From the NCBI GenBank assembly GCA_050287845.1, contig JBNKCR010000091.1, forward strand, positions 1-63,391: 63,391 nt of DNA. The letters are read 5' to 3'. Of this stretch, positions 1 through 10,475 are shown in pieces; position 1 is the first letter of the stretch, and every line of letters begins with the position of its first letter. A model generated the notes under the pieces. It was given only the letters and a program-made list of their open reading frames with translations, had not been told where the DNA came from and did not search any database. A program made the position numbers and the translations under genes. The DNA comes from Polyangia bacterium. GTDB lineage: Bacteria; Myxococcota_A; Polyangia; JAAYKL01.

Positions 1-48
1 CGCCGCGCGGTTCGAGACACTCGCTACGCTCGTTCCTCACCACAGCGG
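1..48. repeat. Imperfect palindromic REP-like element, probably truncated by the window edge
   Basis: CCGC..GGTTCGAG..TCGCTACGCTCG..CTCACC..GCGG folds into an imperfect hairpin; it resembles dispersed TCGCTxCGCTCG-core palindromic repeats; single copy here. Confidence 0.35.
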
Positions 49-507
49 CTCTGTTTCCCTAAATTACTGGCCCAACTTAATTCTGTATCCGAATTGTTGC
101 ATCGTCTCGTTTTCGAAATTGGTACACCTCGAATAGCTCGAATTCCTCCTGTTGTGTCTGGGTGGAATATGTGCGACCGTTCAACACGTATTCATAATTT
201 CAGTGTTTTGAATAGTAGGTGAAATTGTAAATACTCAAATTCGTTTGCCCCTCTGGTACTGGACTGAACCATTCGAATTATCGAAAACCTCCGTTCCGTT
301 TTGCTCCATCGGGTGAATTTGCATCAACAGAAACTTTGCAGTTGACGCTAACTTTGGTATGCAATTTTGCGGACTGGACCGATTCGAAACCGGGGTATGT
401 TGAATATCCGGTAAGAGGCGGGCGCGACGCGATTTGATTCTGCATGGCAGTATGTACTACTGGCAGAATCTGCGGATTGCGTGAGGCATAGCGAATGGAG
501 ATCTGAA

Positions 508-1272
508 ATGTTACTGGTTGCAGATATTGGCAATACACATACGGTGCTGGGTTTATATGACGCTAACCAACTGTTGTATAAATGGAATGTTCAAACCACC
601 AGAGAGCGTACCAGTGATGAATGGGGATTGACGTTCCGGTCCCTGTTTGAGCTCGCCGGTCTCCATCTGGAAGACGTGAGCGGGTTTGCCATGTGCTCAG
701 TTGTACCGCCGGCTGTGCATGGTTTGAAACACGGTGCACGGAAATATCTCAGGACAGAGCCCCTTATTATTGGTCCCGGGGTGAAAACGGGTTTGTCCAT
801 ACGGTATGATAACCCCAGGGAGGTTGGTGCCGACAGGGTAGTAAACGCCGTGGCAGGAAGGGAGAAATTTCCCGGCGCGTCGATTATTGTGGATTTCGGC
901 ACCGCCACGACTTTTGATTGCATATCATCGAAAGGCGAATATCTGGGGGGAGTGATCTGTCCGGGAATTGGTATATCTCTGGACGCCCTGGTTACCAGAG
1001 CGGCGAAACTGTCAAAAGTTGAGATTGCAAGACCATCCCATGTGATTGGCAAGAATACGGAACACGCCATGCAATCGGGTATTCTGTTTGGATACGCGGC
1101 TATGGTGGATGGGCTGATCGCCAGGCTCAGAGAAGAAATGGAACCAGATGTGAAAACCATTGCCACTGGTGGCCTGTCGTCGGTGATTGCCGGTGAAGCC
1201 AGATCTCTGATGTTCCAGGAACCGAATCTTACGCTGGACGGCTTGCGCATCATTTACGAAAAGAACAGATAA
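508..1272 (+). CDS. coaX: Type III pantothenate kinase
   Basis: Motifs DIGNT, GADR, IIVDFGTATTFD, YLGGVICPG, IATGG; ATG at 508 with GGAG RBS at 497-500. Confidence 0.95.
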   Translation: MLLVADIGNTHTVLGLYDANQLLYKWNVQTTRERTSDEWGLTFRSLFELAGLHLEDVSGFAMCSVVPPAVHGLKHGARKYLRTEPLIIGPGVKTGLSIRYDNPREVGADRVVNAVAGREKFPGASIIVDFGTATTFDCISSKGEYLGGVICPGIGISLDALVTRAAKLSKVEIARPSHVIGKNTEHAMQSGILFGYAAMVDGLIARLREEMEPDVKTIATGGLSSVIAGEARSLMFQEPNLTLDGLRIIYEKNR

Positions 1273-1365
1273 CCCCATACAATCTTCAGCGGGCCGGTTC
1301 TACCGGTCTCACGTCACAGACAACTGAAATATTGATTCGGGAATCTGAACAAAGGACGTTTCGAG

Positions 1366-4300
1366 TCAGCCAGCCTGAAGGGCGACGCCGAGTCTTTTCC
1401 GCAGTTCGAAGTAATCGTTGGACACTGTAAAGACGGAGAGCTCCTTGATGCGTTCTGCCCGCTCCTTTTCATCCACAACAGTGGACTCGATGATTCGCAT
1501 GGCAACAGCGATGTCGCCGCAGAGAACCAGACCGACCCGATCTCCGGTGAAATCCACTGACCTCGCCCAGCGCTTCACGTTCACATCGGCGGCCTGAGAC
1601 ATGAATGACTGGACGTACCCCTGAAGCTTTTCGGATTCCTGTGGGTTGAGGCTGCTTCGCACTGGTGTCAGCTTTTCATTTACTGCGGCTATCACGTTAT
1701 TGGGTACCGGCAATTGTGGCACAAATACTTTGATAGCGGCAAGCAACCATGCGGAAAGCTCGGTTCCTGATTTCAGAATCTGTCTTGCGAGAAGTCCAGG
1801 ACGCAGCAATGTCAACTGTTGTCCCATCTTAAACGCCAGTCCGAGGTAATCTCTCATTTCTATGGCGTCCTGACCTGCGATCATTACCGGTGGATTGGTT
1901 TCCACAATACCGAAACCGGACTGGTCAGGTTGGTAAAAGAGCGGCAACGGGGAAACGGCGGTGACCCCTACGCCAAAATTCATCAGTTTGGAGAATTCAT
2001 TCTGATCTGTTGTCACATCCACAGCGGCCGCCGGGATTAAACCGGTATTGTTGATGGGGGTGCACCGGGCTGCCGCGATGGCGGGCAGGATGACTGAATA
2101 GATATTGGAAATATCCATATTCATATCTTTGTGTACCAGGAACTTCTGCCACTTGTCGTTTGAAAGGGTGTCCGCGATGGGCGGGTACCCCTCAGAGAGG
2201 TAGTCCTTATAGTAAGAGTGCTCCTCCGGACTGGCCTGGTTCAGGAGAGCCAGCATGGATGCAGCGCACCATGCCATGTCAGGCTCCTGAGCAGCGGAGA
2301 AGATGCGATAGAGCATTCTGTATGAATCTGTTCGCTGGGGATTGGCTCTCAGTAGCTTGATATTGGAAGCAATCCCTTTATCCTTGAACTTGGTATTCCA
2401 GTTATACAATTCCACCAGTTTTTCGTCCCATTCCAGGTTGCCCGAATCAATTTTGCTCATGGTTTCAAACAACGTGATGGCATCGGATTCTTTGTCGAGT
2501 TTGGTCATGTACAGGTCGGCCAAAGGTTTGAAAACACCTATTTTTTCCTCTTTCGACGCATCCTGTGGCAGTTTTGCAATAAGTCCCTTGTATACTTTTT
2601 CCAGTCCCCCCCAGTCTTTCTGCTCAGTCAGAACCTGTACCAACGCGTTTCTGGCGTCTTCCAGTCCGGGGTCGTGGTCCAGTGCTTTGAGGAAGTACTC
2701 AACTGCTTTATCCGGTTGACGGAGTTCCCGGCGGAACACCTTGGCTACAGTGAGATAATACCTCGACAGCTGGGCATCATCGTTGATGAGATCTGCAATC
2801 TGCAGAATTACCGTTACGACGTCCTTGTACTTCTTGGCTGCATAATGCATTTTCAGCAATTCGCCGAGAATATCACGGTTTTTGGGATCCTGCTCCAGGG
2901 CGCTGGTGAGCATGGCGGATGCCCCGTCGGCATTTCGAAGATTCTCGAACATGATGAGCGCTGTGCTGCGGACGAGATCAAACCAGCGCTCGTCTTTGGA
3001 ATCAACTGTTTCAAGAACCTTCTGGCGTGCTTCCACCGCACCCCGATAATCGTTCCGCTGTTCGAGCACATCGGCAAGCAGGATGCGGGCTTCCAGATTC
3101 TCAGGCGCCATCACCGTTGCCTGACGAGCCATTTTAGACGCCTCATCGAACTGCTCACATCCAAATGACGCCCGTCCCCGTTTTACCAGAAGGGCAAGGC
3201 GGGTGTCGTCGTCGATATCGTTGCCAAGGGCGTTGGCATATCGGTCGAACTGTTGGCGGGCCAGTTCCCATTCGCCCATATCCAGAGCCACATCCCCAAG
3301 TTTATTCATCAATGCGGGTTCGTCAGCAATATCTGCGGCTTTCTTGAACAGTTCCAGAGCGCGCTCCTTGCGATCCACATTCATGTATGCTTCCCCCGCA
3401 GCGGTAAACAGCTCCAGCTGCCCTTCGGGGGTCAGCGCGGCGGCGGAGGGGATCCATCGTTCGTATATCTTGATGGCAGCGTCCCAATTGCCCGCCTTGC
3501 GGTAGAGCCCGGAGAGTTTGTCGCTGGCAGCCAGATTGGAATTGTCTATGCTCACAGCCTGCTTGAGATACTGCATCGCAGCATTATCATCCTGAATGTT
3601 TTCAAGGGCCACCATGCCCATTCGGCTGAAAATTGCTGCGCGGGCCTCCGAACCGGACACCAAGTCAATTTTTCGGGCGTACATTTCGAGTGCACCGGCA
3701 TAGTCGCCTTTGGCAACCAGTACTTCGGCATATTCATTGATTACATCCACGTTATCTGGCGCAAGATTTCGGGCCTTGTTCAGCGTGCCCTCTGCTTTCG
3801 GGATGTTATTGAGTTTGCTCATCTGGAACCCGGCCAGAATCACCATAATATCAACTTTGGATTCCATATCCTCCGCGTCATCGAGCATCTTGTAGTAGGT
3901 TTTTTCCGCAGCCTCATATTCACCCAGTTCAATCTGCGAGCGGACAATCTGTGAGAGAACAGTGCCGCCGCCGCCCAGTTCAGCCAGTTCATTGACTGCA
4001 GCCGTTGCCAGCTCCGGATTGTTGAGATTTCCCTTGATCACATCCACGCGTTCTTTGAGTAGCTGCCGTTTCTCGTCTTCGTTTGCGGTGAGTCTGGCAC
4101 GGGTTTTCAGCACTTCCTCCAGACGTGCGAAGTTTTCAACCTTTTTGAGCAATCGACTCAGACCACTCAGGGCATCAATGTTTTCGGAATCCATGGCAAC
4201 CACATTTTCCAGAGCGTTGATTGCCAAATCGATTTCTCTAAATTCTTCTTCGTAAACCAGTGACAATTGCAGTTGCAACACGATTTTCTGTCTCGCTGTA

Positions 4301-6645
4301 TCTGCCACGGCGAGCTGTTTTTCAAGGGCGGTACGCAGCCCAGCGAAGTCCTGCAGCGTCTTGCAGACCCGTTCGAGACCTTTAAGGGAATCCAGATGGT
4401 TGAATTCCGCAGCGGCCTTATAATGAGGGGCAGCGGATTTGGGATCCTGCAGACGGGTTTCGTAAATCTCGCCCAGCTTATATCGCTGATCACATTGGGC
4501 TTCACCAGAGCCCAGGGATTTGATTGACTCTTCCAGAATGGAAGCCAGTTTTGCAAAATCTCCAGCGTTTTCGTAAATTTTTACCAGGATGGCACTTGCG
4601 CGGGTATTGCCGGGATCGTCCTGAAGCACGTTGCTCAGAATATCCATGGCGGTCTGGGTCTGGCCGAGTTTTTCAAAATACACCGCTGCGGCGTCGCACA
4701 GGTGTTTGCGTTTTGCGTCGGGCAGGGTATCTGATTCCGCACGCTGGGCGAGTACCTGGCAAAGCTCCGTCCATTGCCCTGCACTGCGATACAGAGAGGC
4801 AATCGCATCCAGCGCGTCATCATCTTTGGGATTGTATCCCACGACCTTCTGATAGCAGGTGAGAGCAACGGCGGGCTGATTGAGGATATTCTGATACCAG
4901 GACGCCAGTTTCTGATAATAAAAAACTGCGACGTCCACGTTTCCAGCGGATTCGGCAGCGCTGGCCGTATTGCCGGCCGCATCGATCAGTTCCTGAATTC
5001 TTCCTGCCTTCTGACCGATTTTTTCCAATGATTGCAGGATTTCCCTGTCGCCGTCAGTGCCGGTGAGGCTGGCCAGATAGTAATCAAATGCTTTACCGGG
5101 GTCTCCCGCTTCCTTTTCCAGGGTCTGGGCCATGTTCAGGAGCAGGTCGATGCGTTCTGCCGCGTCCTCCGTGGATTCCACGCGGCCACCGAGCAGTTGC
5201 AGCACATTATCAAAATTGCCCAGTTTCTTCTGCGCCAGGATCAGGGAGTCAAAGACATCCTGATCCTCGGGGTTCTGCTGCATCAGTCCTTCGTACAGTT
5301 CGGCGGCCAGCTCGTAGGCGCGGGCTTTTCGTATGGCCGTGTCAGCAGCGGTTTTCAGCAAGTGATATTGCAGGTCCGTATCTGCCGATTCGGCGACTTC
5401 CCGAATGGCTTCAATCGCCGGTATGAAAGCGTTGTATGCATCCGCAGCTTCGAGCAACTCTGCCAGGGTCGTATCGTTTGACGGTGCGGCGTTGAAGGCG
5501 TTGATTTCAATCGCGATGTCTTCCCGGGTACCGGCCATGCTCATTCGGACGGCGTGGTCTTCGATGTCCGCCCTGGCTTCAATGATCAGTCGCTTCAGCG
5601 TGGCGATGTCTCTTGGACGTTCACCCGGCAGTTGATTCAGCAGAGTATTGACCAGAAGAACCATTTTGTCGGGCAATGGTTCTTCCACTGCTTCTTCCAG
5701 TGCGGGACTCTGAATCGCGATGTGCGCGCCTGCAATATCGATGGCTTTACTGCCGGAAAATGCGGATTTTCCGGTCAGCAGATAAAACAGTGTACAGCCC
5801 AGGGCGTAGAAATCAGAGGAAATGGTCGCCGATTCATTGTAAAACAGTTCGGGGGCCATGTATTGCGGCAACGTGGTATCCCGGGTCCAGCCGGACGCCG
5901 CGGCGAACCTGTCAAATCCGATGCCAATGGTCTGAACAATCTGTGGATTGTCCAGGACGTCCACCCACAGGTTCTCCGGCCGGATGTCGCCGTGAATCAT
6001 GGTATTTTCTTCGAGGGTTTCCAGCATGTCCACAATGACTTCAGCAACATTCAGCACCGCTTCCGGCTGGAGAGGGGCAGCTGATTTGAGCTGGGTTCCG
6101 GCCAGGGGATTAATGATCACATATGGGCTTCCATCCGCAAACGTGGACAATTCCTTTATCTCCGGGATAAACATTACATCCAGGGACTGAAGTATCCGCA
6201 GTTGCATCAGGAAACGCTGTGATACAGCTGGTGTGGAGATATGGTGCGGGTTGATGGTCAGCAACAGATATGCGTCGCCATCGTCGTTTCCCGTGCAATC
6301 GTATAAACTGTACACGTCGTCGGTCGCCACACAGTCTGAAACGGTGTATCCCCTGATTTCCGCCAGGGTTTCTTTCGCTGCAGACCGATCGTTTGAGTAA
6401 ACGTGCATCAGTCTGGGATCTGTCATTCCCTTTTTTTCGAACAGAACTGCATCTGCAAGCGCTTCAACCGAGTCCTTTTTGTCACACCAGTCCACCAGTT
6501 GCCTCGCGAACACCGCTTTATTTTCATTTGCGATTTCGAGGGCCACCGCATCAATGGTCAGGTATTTCTGGCAAAAAGCAGTTAATGCATCTACCGAAAA
6601 TAGTCGTTCGAGTTCGCCTCTCAGAATGTTCAAAGAAGGTTTCAT
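1366..6645 (-). CDS. Giant protein: degenerate Ser/Thr kinase domain, long TPR array and myxobacterial gliding-protein-like (AgmK/GltC-type) C-terminus
   Basis: IHGDIRPEN, YMAPE, SDFYALG kinase motifs; many TPR-like helical repeats; C-terminal RW..SVDFTGDRVGLVLCGD...YFELRKRLG. Confidence 0.8.
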   Translation of the reverse strand: MKPSLNILRGELERLFSVDALTAFCQKYLTIDAVALEIANENKAVFARQLVDWCDKKDSVEALADAVLFEKKGMTDPRLMHVYSNDRSAAKETLAEIRGYTVSDCVATDDVYSLYDCTGNDDGDAYLLLTINPHHISTPAVSQRFLMQLRILQSLDVMFIPEIKELSTFADGSPYVIINPLAGTQLKSAAPLQPEAVLNVAEVIVDMLETLEENTMIHGDIRPENLWVDVLDNPQIVQTIGIGFDRFAAASGWTRDTTLPQYMAPELFYNESATISSDFYALGCTLFYLLTGKSAFSGSKAIDIAGAHIAIQSPALEEAVEEPLPDKMVLLVNTLLNQLPGERPRDIATLKRLIIEARADIEDHAVRMSMAGTREDIAIEINAFNAAPSNDTTLAELLEAADAYNAFIPAIEAIREVAESADTDLQYHLLKTAADTAIRKARAYELAAELYEGLMQQNPEDQDVFDSLILAQKKLGNFDNVLQLLGGRVESTEDAAERIDLLLNMAQTLEKEAGDPGKAFDYYLASLTGTDGDREILQSLEKIGQKAGRIQELIDAAGNTASAAESAGNVDVAVFYYQKLASWYQNILNQPAVALTCYQKVVGYNPKDDDALDAIASLYRSAGQWTELCQVLAQRAESDTLPDAKRKHLCDAAAVYFEKLGQTQTAMDILSNVLQDDPGNTRASAILVKIYENAGDFAKLASILEESIKSLGSGEAQCDQRYKLGEIYETRLQDPKSAAPHYKAAAEFNHLDSLKGLERVCKTLQDFAGLRTALEKQLAVADTARQKIVLQLQLSLVYEEEFREIDLAINALENVVAMDSENIDALSGLSRLLKKVENFARLEEVLKTRARLTANEDEKRQLLKERVDVIKGNLNNPELATAAVNELAELGGGGTVLSQIVRSQIELGEYEAAEKTYYKMLDDAEDMESKVDIMVILAGFQMSKLNNIPKAEGTLNKARNLAPDNVDVINEYAEVLVAKGDYAGALEMYARKIDLVSGSEARAAIFSRMGMVALENIQDDNAAMQYLKQAVSIDNSNLAASDKLSGLYRKAGNWDAAIKIYERWIPSAAALTPEGQLELFTAAGEAYMNVDRKERALELFKKAADIADEPALMNKLGDVALDMGEWELARQQFDRYANALGNDIDDDTRLALLVKRGRASFGCEQFDEASKMARQATVMAPENLEARILLADVLEQRNDYRGAVEARQKVLETVDSKDERWFDLVRSTALIMFENLRNADGASAMLTSALEQDPKNRDILGELLKMHYAAKKYKDVVTVILQIADLINDDAQLSRYYLTVAKVFRRELRQPDKAVEYFLKALDHDPGLEDARNALVQVLTEQKDWGGLEKVYKGLIAKLPQDASKEEKIGVFKPLADLYMTKLDKESDAITLFETMSKIDSGNLEWDEKLVELYNWNTKFKDKGIASNIKLLRANPQRTDSYRMLYRIFSAAQEPDMAWCAASMLALLNQASPEEHSYYKDYLSEGYPPIADTLSNDKWQKFLVHKDMNMDISNIYSVILPAIAAARCTPINNTGLIPAAAVDVTTDQNEFSKLMNFGVGVTAVSPLPLFYQPDQSGFGIVETNPPVMIAGQDAIEMRDYLGLAFKMGQQLTLLRPGLLARQILKSGTELSAWLLAAIKVFVPQLPVPNNVIAAVNEKLTPVRSSLNPQESEKLQGYVQSFMSQAADVNVKRWARSVDFTGDRVGLVLCGDIAVAMRIIESTVVDEKERAERIKELSVFTVSNDYFELRKRLGVALQAG

Positions 6646-6911
6646 TTCAGTCTCCCGTTATAAATTGTCCGCCAGTTTCGCATCACTATGCACGAAAAAG
6701 TGCGGTAATTATAGGAGACTTTTCAACATTCGCATACCTTCGTTTTTTGTTTTTTAAAGGGGATAAATTGTGTCATTTCCAGAAATGACGCCGGAAAATT
6801 CAGGTCGTTGAAATATAGATGGAGAAATGCGGTACCACTGGAACCATACTCAATTGGTCCCCCGTTATTTCCCGGAGGTCCCGGAAATGAAATGCCGCGC
6901 CGCCAGCGAAA

Positions 6912-7502
6912 TCACTCCGTCTGGTTGAGTCTGCGACGCAATCGACTGAGGGGTTCCCCTCCGAGTTTCCCGGATACGGACAACCACTTCTGGGCAGCTT
7001 TCAACTCGACCCGGGTCCGCTCCATGAATGCATCCAGCAGGACCATGGCGAAGTCCGCCAAATCGACCAGGTGACGCAACTGATCAACCGTGGCATCCGC
7101 TGGGGAGGGTTCGTTGGCTGAGGATGAATTCTGCATCATTTTCAGCGCGTGTTTCAATCTGGTCACGGGCGCTTCCAGCTGCTTTTTGGCGTGCTCCCTG
7201 AAAATACGGCGAACGAGGGTCCACATTTCGGTTTCGGCCTGGTAATAGAATTTTCGGCTCTGACTGCGCGCCCCGCGATGAATGATGCCAACGGCCATCA
7301 GTTCATTGAGCCCCATACTGACGGCACCGGAACTCATTGACAGCGCACTCGCCAGTGACTCGGCCCCCTGTGGTGTGTTCGACAGATACAGATACCCCCA
7401 GATGCGTCCGGAGGATGCCTTTAGCCCCACGGTCGAAAACAGCTCGCCCACCGCATGGGTGGCCAGCAGAATGGGCTCTGTTGCATTTTGATAGGATGTC
7501 AT
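6912..7502 (-). CDS. GbsR/MarR-family winged-helix transcriptional regulator
   Basis: G.LF...GL..SSGRIWGYLYLS..PQ....LASALSMSSGAVSMGLNEL...RKFYYQAETEMW pattern. Confidence 0.85.
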   Translation of the reverse strand: MTSYQNATEPILLATHAVGELFSTVGLKASSGRIWGYLYLSNTPQGAESLASALSMSSGAVSMGLNELMAVGIIHRGARSQSRKFYYQAETEMWTLVRRIFREHAKKQLEAPVTRLKHALKMMQNSSSANEPSPADATVDQLRHLVDLADFAMVLLDAFMERTRVELKAAQKWLSVSGKLGGEPLSRLRRRLNQTE

Positions 7503-7896
7503 CGTTCACCAGCATCCGGGGTGGCGCTGGACTTGTCAAGAAATCCGAAAGCTGTCAGGCGTGATAAAATGCTTTTTGGGTTTTATCGGGACTGCCCCCC
7601 AGCGCCGCTCCGGGAACACCGTTGCAGACCAATTTTGCAAAACTTGCGAGATTTAATGTCAACGATGAAGTATTGTCTTTCATGGGTGTTCCCTCTGGTT
7701 GTATGTTTTTGCTTCAACAAAAACAACTTTCACCAGGAGACACCTTTTTTATATATTGTTTTCCCTTCAGACCGAGATCTGCACCCAATCTTTAGTGTCC
7801 CATTTGAATTGAAATTGTTCATTAAATTCAAAAATTTCTGGTACAACAATATTTTTCGAGGTCTTTATTATGAAATTTTTTTTTGAGGTCTTTATT

Positions 7897-10422
7897 ATGA
7901 AAAAATTGAAATGGTTTGTATTGATGTGTCTGCCTCTGGGCATTTTCATTTTAACAGGGTGTACGTCGAACAACAGTCCGGAAAATGAAACCAACGGCAG
8001 TACAGGCGACTCAGATTCCGACACCGATGCGGATTCGGACACAGATACGGATTCCGACTCGGATTCCGATTCAGTTGGGAATTCGGACAGTGATACGGAC
8101 ACGGACTCTGATACCGATACCGACAGCGATACGGATACGGACAGCGATATGGACACGGACGCCGACTCGGACACCGATACGGACACGGACACCGATGCGG
8201 ATACGGACACCGATGCGGACTCGGACACGGACACCGATGCGGATTCGGACTCAGACGCTGACAGCGATACAGATACAGACACGGATGCCGACATAGATAG
8301 CGAAGCCGCCGCCGCCGTTGCCGCCATTATCGTAAACAACATTGATGATGTGCGAGGCAACCTGACGTTGCCAACCACATCAAACGATCTTCCTGTTACC
8401 TGGTCGTCGGATGATCCGTCAATTATTTCAGCGGATGGTATCGTGAATCGCCCCGATAGCGATACCATCGTAGTGCTTACCGCAACAGCAGTGAATGGCG
8501 ATGGCTCCGCGAGCCGGAAGTTCAATGCGCTGGTGCGGGCAGCGGTCGACCTGGCGCCGTTCGAGGGGTATGCGTTCGCATACTTCACTGGCGACTCCCC
8601 TGAAGGGGAAAATATTTATCTTGCAGCATCGCGCGGCAATGATGCGCTCAAATGGGACGAACTCAACGGCGGTCGGCCAATGTTCTCCTCTGCCTATGGG
8701 TCGAAAGGACTTCGCGACCCGTTCATCATTCGGTCCCCTGAGGGCGATACCTTTTATATGATCGCGACCGACCTCTCCATCGGATCCGGCACATCATGGG
8801 ATGAAGCGCAGCGTCAGGGGTCTCTCTATCTCGAAGTGTGGGAATCACACGACCTCGTTACATGGTCCGGGCAGCGTCATGTCCGGGTATCTCCTGACAC
8901 TGCCGGCAACACCTGGGCGCCAGAGGCGTACTATAGCGAAGACCTCAACGCGTACGTGGTGTTCTGGGCATCGAAGCTCTATGCTGAGGACGATCCGAAT
9001 CACACCGGAAGTACTTACAACCGTATGCTCTATGTGACAACCAGGGACTTTTTCACATTTTCCGAACCGCAGATTTGGCAGGACGGGATCTCTCGCATCG
9101 ATTCGACGGTAATTAAAAGCGACGGCGTGTATCACCGCTTCACAAAGGATGAGGGCGCCGGTACCACAGGTTGTTCCGATATCATTCAGGAGAAATCAAC
9201 CGAGCTGACGGCGTCGTTGTCTGAATGGACGATGATTGCCAGTTGTATCGGCAACAATGCCGGTACCAGCGCGGTGGAGGGGCCGTCCATCTTCAAGTCG
9301 AACCCGGGTGACGCAAATGGAGACTACTTCTATCTGTTCGTCGACGAATATACCAATCGCGGCTATATTCCCCTGCGCACCGCGGATATTGGCAATCCGT
9401 CCTGGACCGTTGCACCATCGTATGACCTTCCCGCAGCCCCTCGCCATGGTACTGTGATTCCCGTTACCGCCAGCGAGCTCGCCGCGTTGCGGCAGCAAAT
9501 CGATAGCTGGTCACCGGTTGTGCCGGGACTGTACGCAGACCCCAACGCGGTGGCGTTCGGGAACAGGTTTTACATTTACGCCACCACGGACGGCTATTCA
9601 GGCTGGGGGGGCAAGGACTTCTACGTATGGTCATCGGACAACCTCGCAGACTGGACACGTTCAGCGTCGCCATTTCTTACCCTCGACGGAGAAAACGGCA
9701 ACGTGCCGTGGGCCACCGGGAATGCGTGGGCGCCGACCATCATCGAGCGCGATGGAAAATACTACTTCTACTTCTCGGGGCACAATCCCACGTACGATAG
9801 GAAAACCATTGGCGTGGCGGTTGCTGATAGCCCGGAGGGACCGTTTGTCGCTGAACCGGAGTCCATGATCAACAATACCGGGGACGTGACCACCGGACAG
9901 GCGATTGACCCGGCCGCTTTCCGGGATCCCGAGACCGACAGGTATTATCTGTTCTGGGGAAATGGGGGGGCCCTGTACGCGGAACTCTCCGAAGATATGA
10001 AGTCACTCCTGCCGGACACCATCGCCCCAATCTCGGGATTGCCGGACTTCCGGGAGGGCATTTTCGTTGTCTTCCGGGAAGGAATGTACCATCTCACTTA
10101 TTCGATTGACGACACCGGCAGCCCGGACTACCGGGTGGGGTACGCATCCGCGCCGAGTGTCGATGGGCCGTGGACCTCACACGGTGTGATTCTCTCAAAA
10201 AATCCAACCTTGAACATCCTCGGTACGGGGCACAACTCAGTGCTCAACGTTCCAGGAACCGACGATTGGTATATTGTGTACCACCGTTTTTCGATCCCGG
10301 ACGGCGGTGGGACGCAGCGGGAAACGACCATCGATCGCCTCTTCTTCGATCCGGAGACAGGACTGATGCAGGTTGTGAATCCCACGCTTACAGGTGTCCT
10401 CCCGCAGTATATCATCGAATGA
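7897..10422 (+). CDS. Lipoprotein with Asp/Thr/Ser linker, atrophied Ig-like domain and two GH43 glycoside hydrolase domains
   Basis: Lipobox ILTG-C; NLTLP..VTWSS..I..DG.V.RP; GH43 motifs GLRDPFI, TWAPE, RIDSTVI, VEGP, PRHG, then YADPN, AWAP, AIDP, FREG, GTGHNSV; in-frame alternative ATG at 7870. Confidence 0.9.
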   Translation: MKKLKWFVLMCLPLGIFILTGCTSNNSPENETNGSTGDSDSDTDADSDTDTDSDSDSDSVGNSDSDTDTDSDTDTDSDTDTDSDMDTDADSDTDTDTDTDADTDTDADSDTDTDADSDSDADSDTDTDTDADIDSEAAAAVAAIIVNNIDDVRGNLTLPTTSNDLPVTWSSDDPSIISADGIVNRPDSDTIVVLTATAVNGDGSASRKFNALVRAAVDLAPFEGYAFAYFTGDSPEGENIYLAASRGNDALKWDELNGGRPMFSSAYGSKGLRDPFIIRSPEGDTFYMIATDLSIGSGTSWDEAQRQGSLYLEVWESHDLVTWSGQRHVRVSPDTAGNTWAPEAYYSEDLNAYVVFWASKLYAEDDPNHTGSTYNRMLYVTTRDFFTFSEPQIWQDGISRIDSTVIKSDGVYHRFTKDEGAGTTGCSDIIQEKSTELTASLSEWTMIASCIGNNAGTSAVEGPSIFKSNPGDANGDYFYLFVDEYTNRGYIPLRTADIGNPSWTVAPSYDLPAAPRHGTVIPVTASELAALRQQIDSWSPVVPGLYADPNAVAFGNRFYIYATTDGYSGWGGKDFYVWSSDNLADWTRSASPFLTLDGENGNVPWATGNAWAPTIIERDGKYYFYFSGHNPTYDRKTIGVAVADSPEGPFVAEPESMINNTGDVTTGQAIDPAAFRDPETDRYYLFWGNGGALYAELSEDMKSLLPDTIAPISGLPDFREGIFVVFREGMYHLTYSIDDTGSPDYRVGYASAPSVDGPWTSHGVILSKNPTLNILGTGHNSVLNVPGTDDWYIVYHRFSIPDGGGTQRETTIDRLFFDPETGLMQVVNPTLTGVLPQYIIE
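8008..8301 (+). repeat. In-frame 6-bp-period repeat encoding (D-T/S/A)n acidic linker
   Basis: GAY-NCN codon alternation read directly. Confidence 0.95.
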
Positions 10423-10475
10423 ACTGTTGATGCTCGTTGCAGAGTATCCGTTCGACCGCGCGTTTTCCCGGATTA

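Noticed and set aside
7767..8588. Antisense (SV/SE)n ORFs opposite the Asp-rich repeats (also 17465-17935, 61476-61889)
   Set aside because: Shadow frames of low-complexity coding repeats
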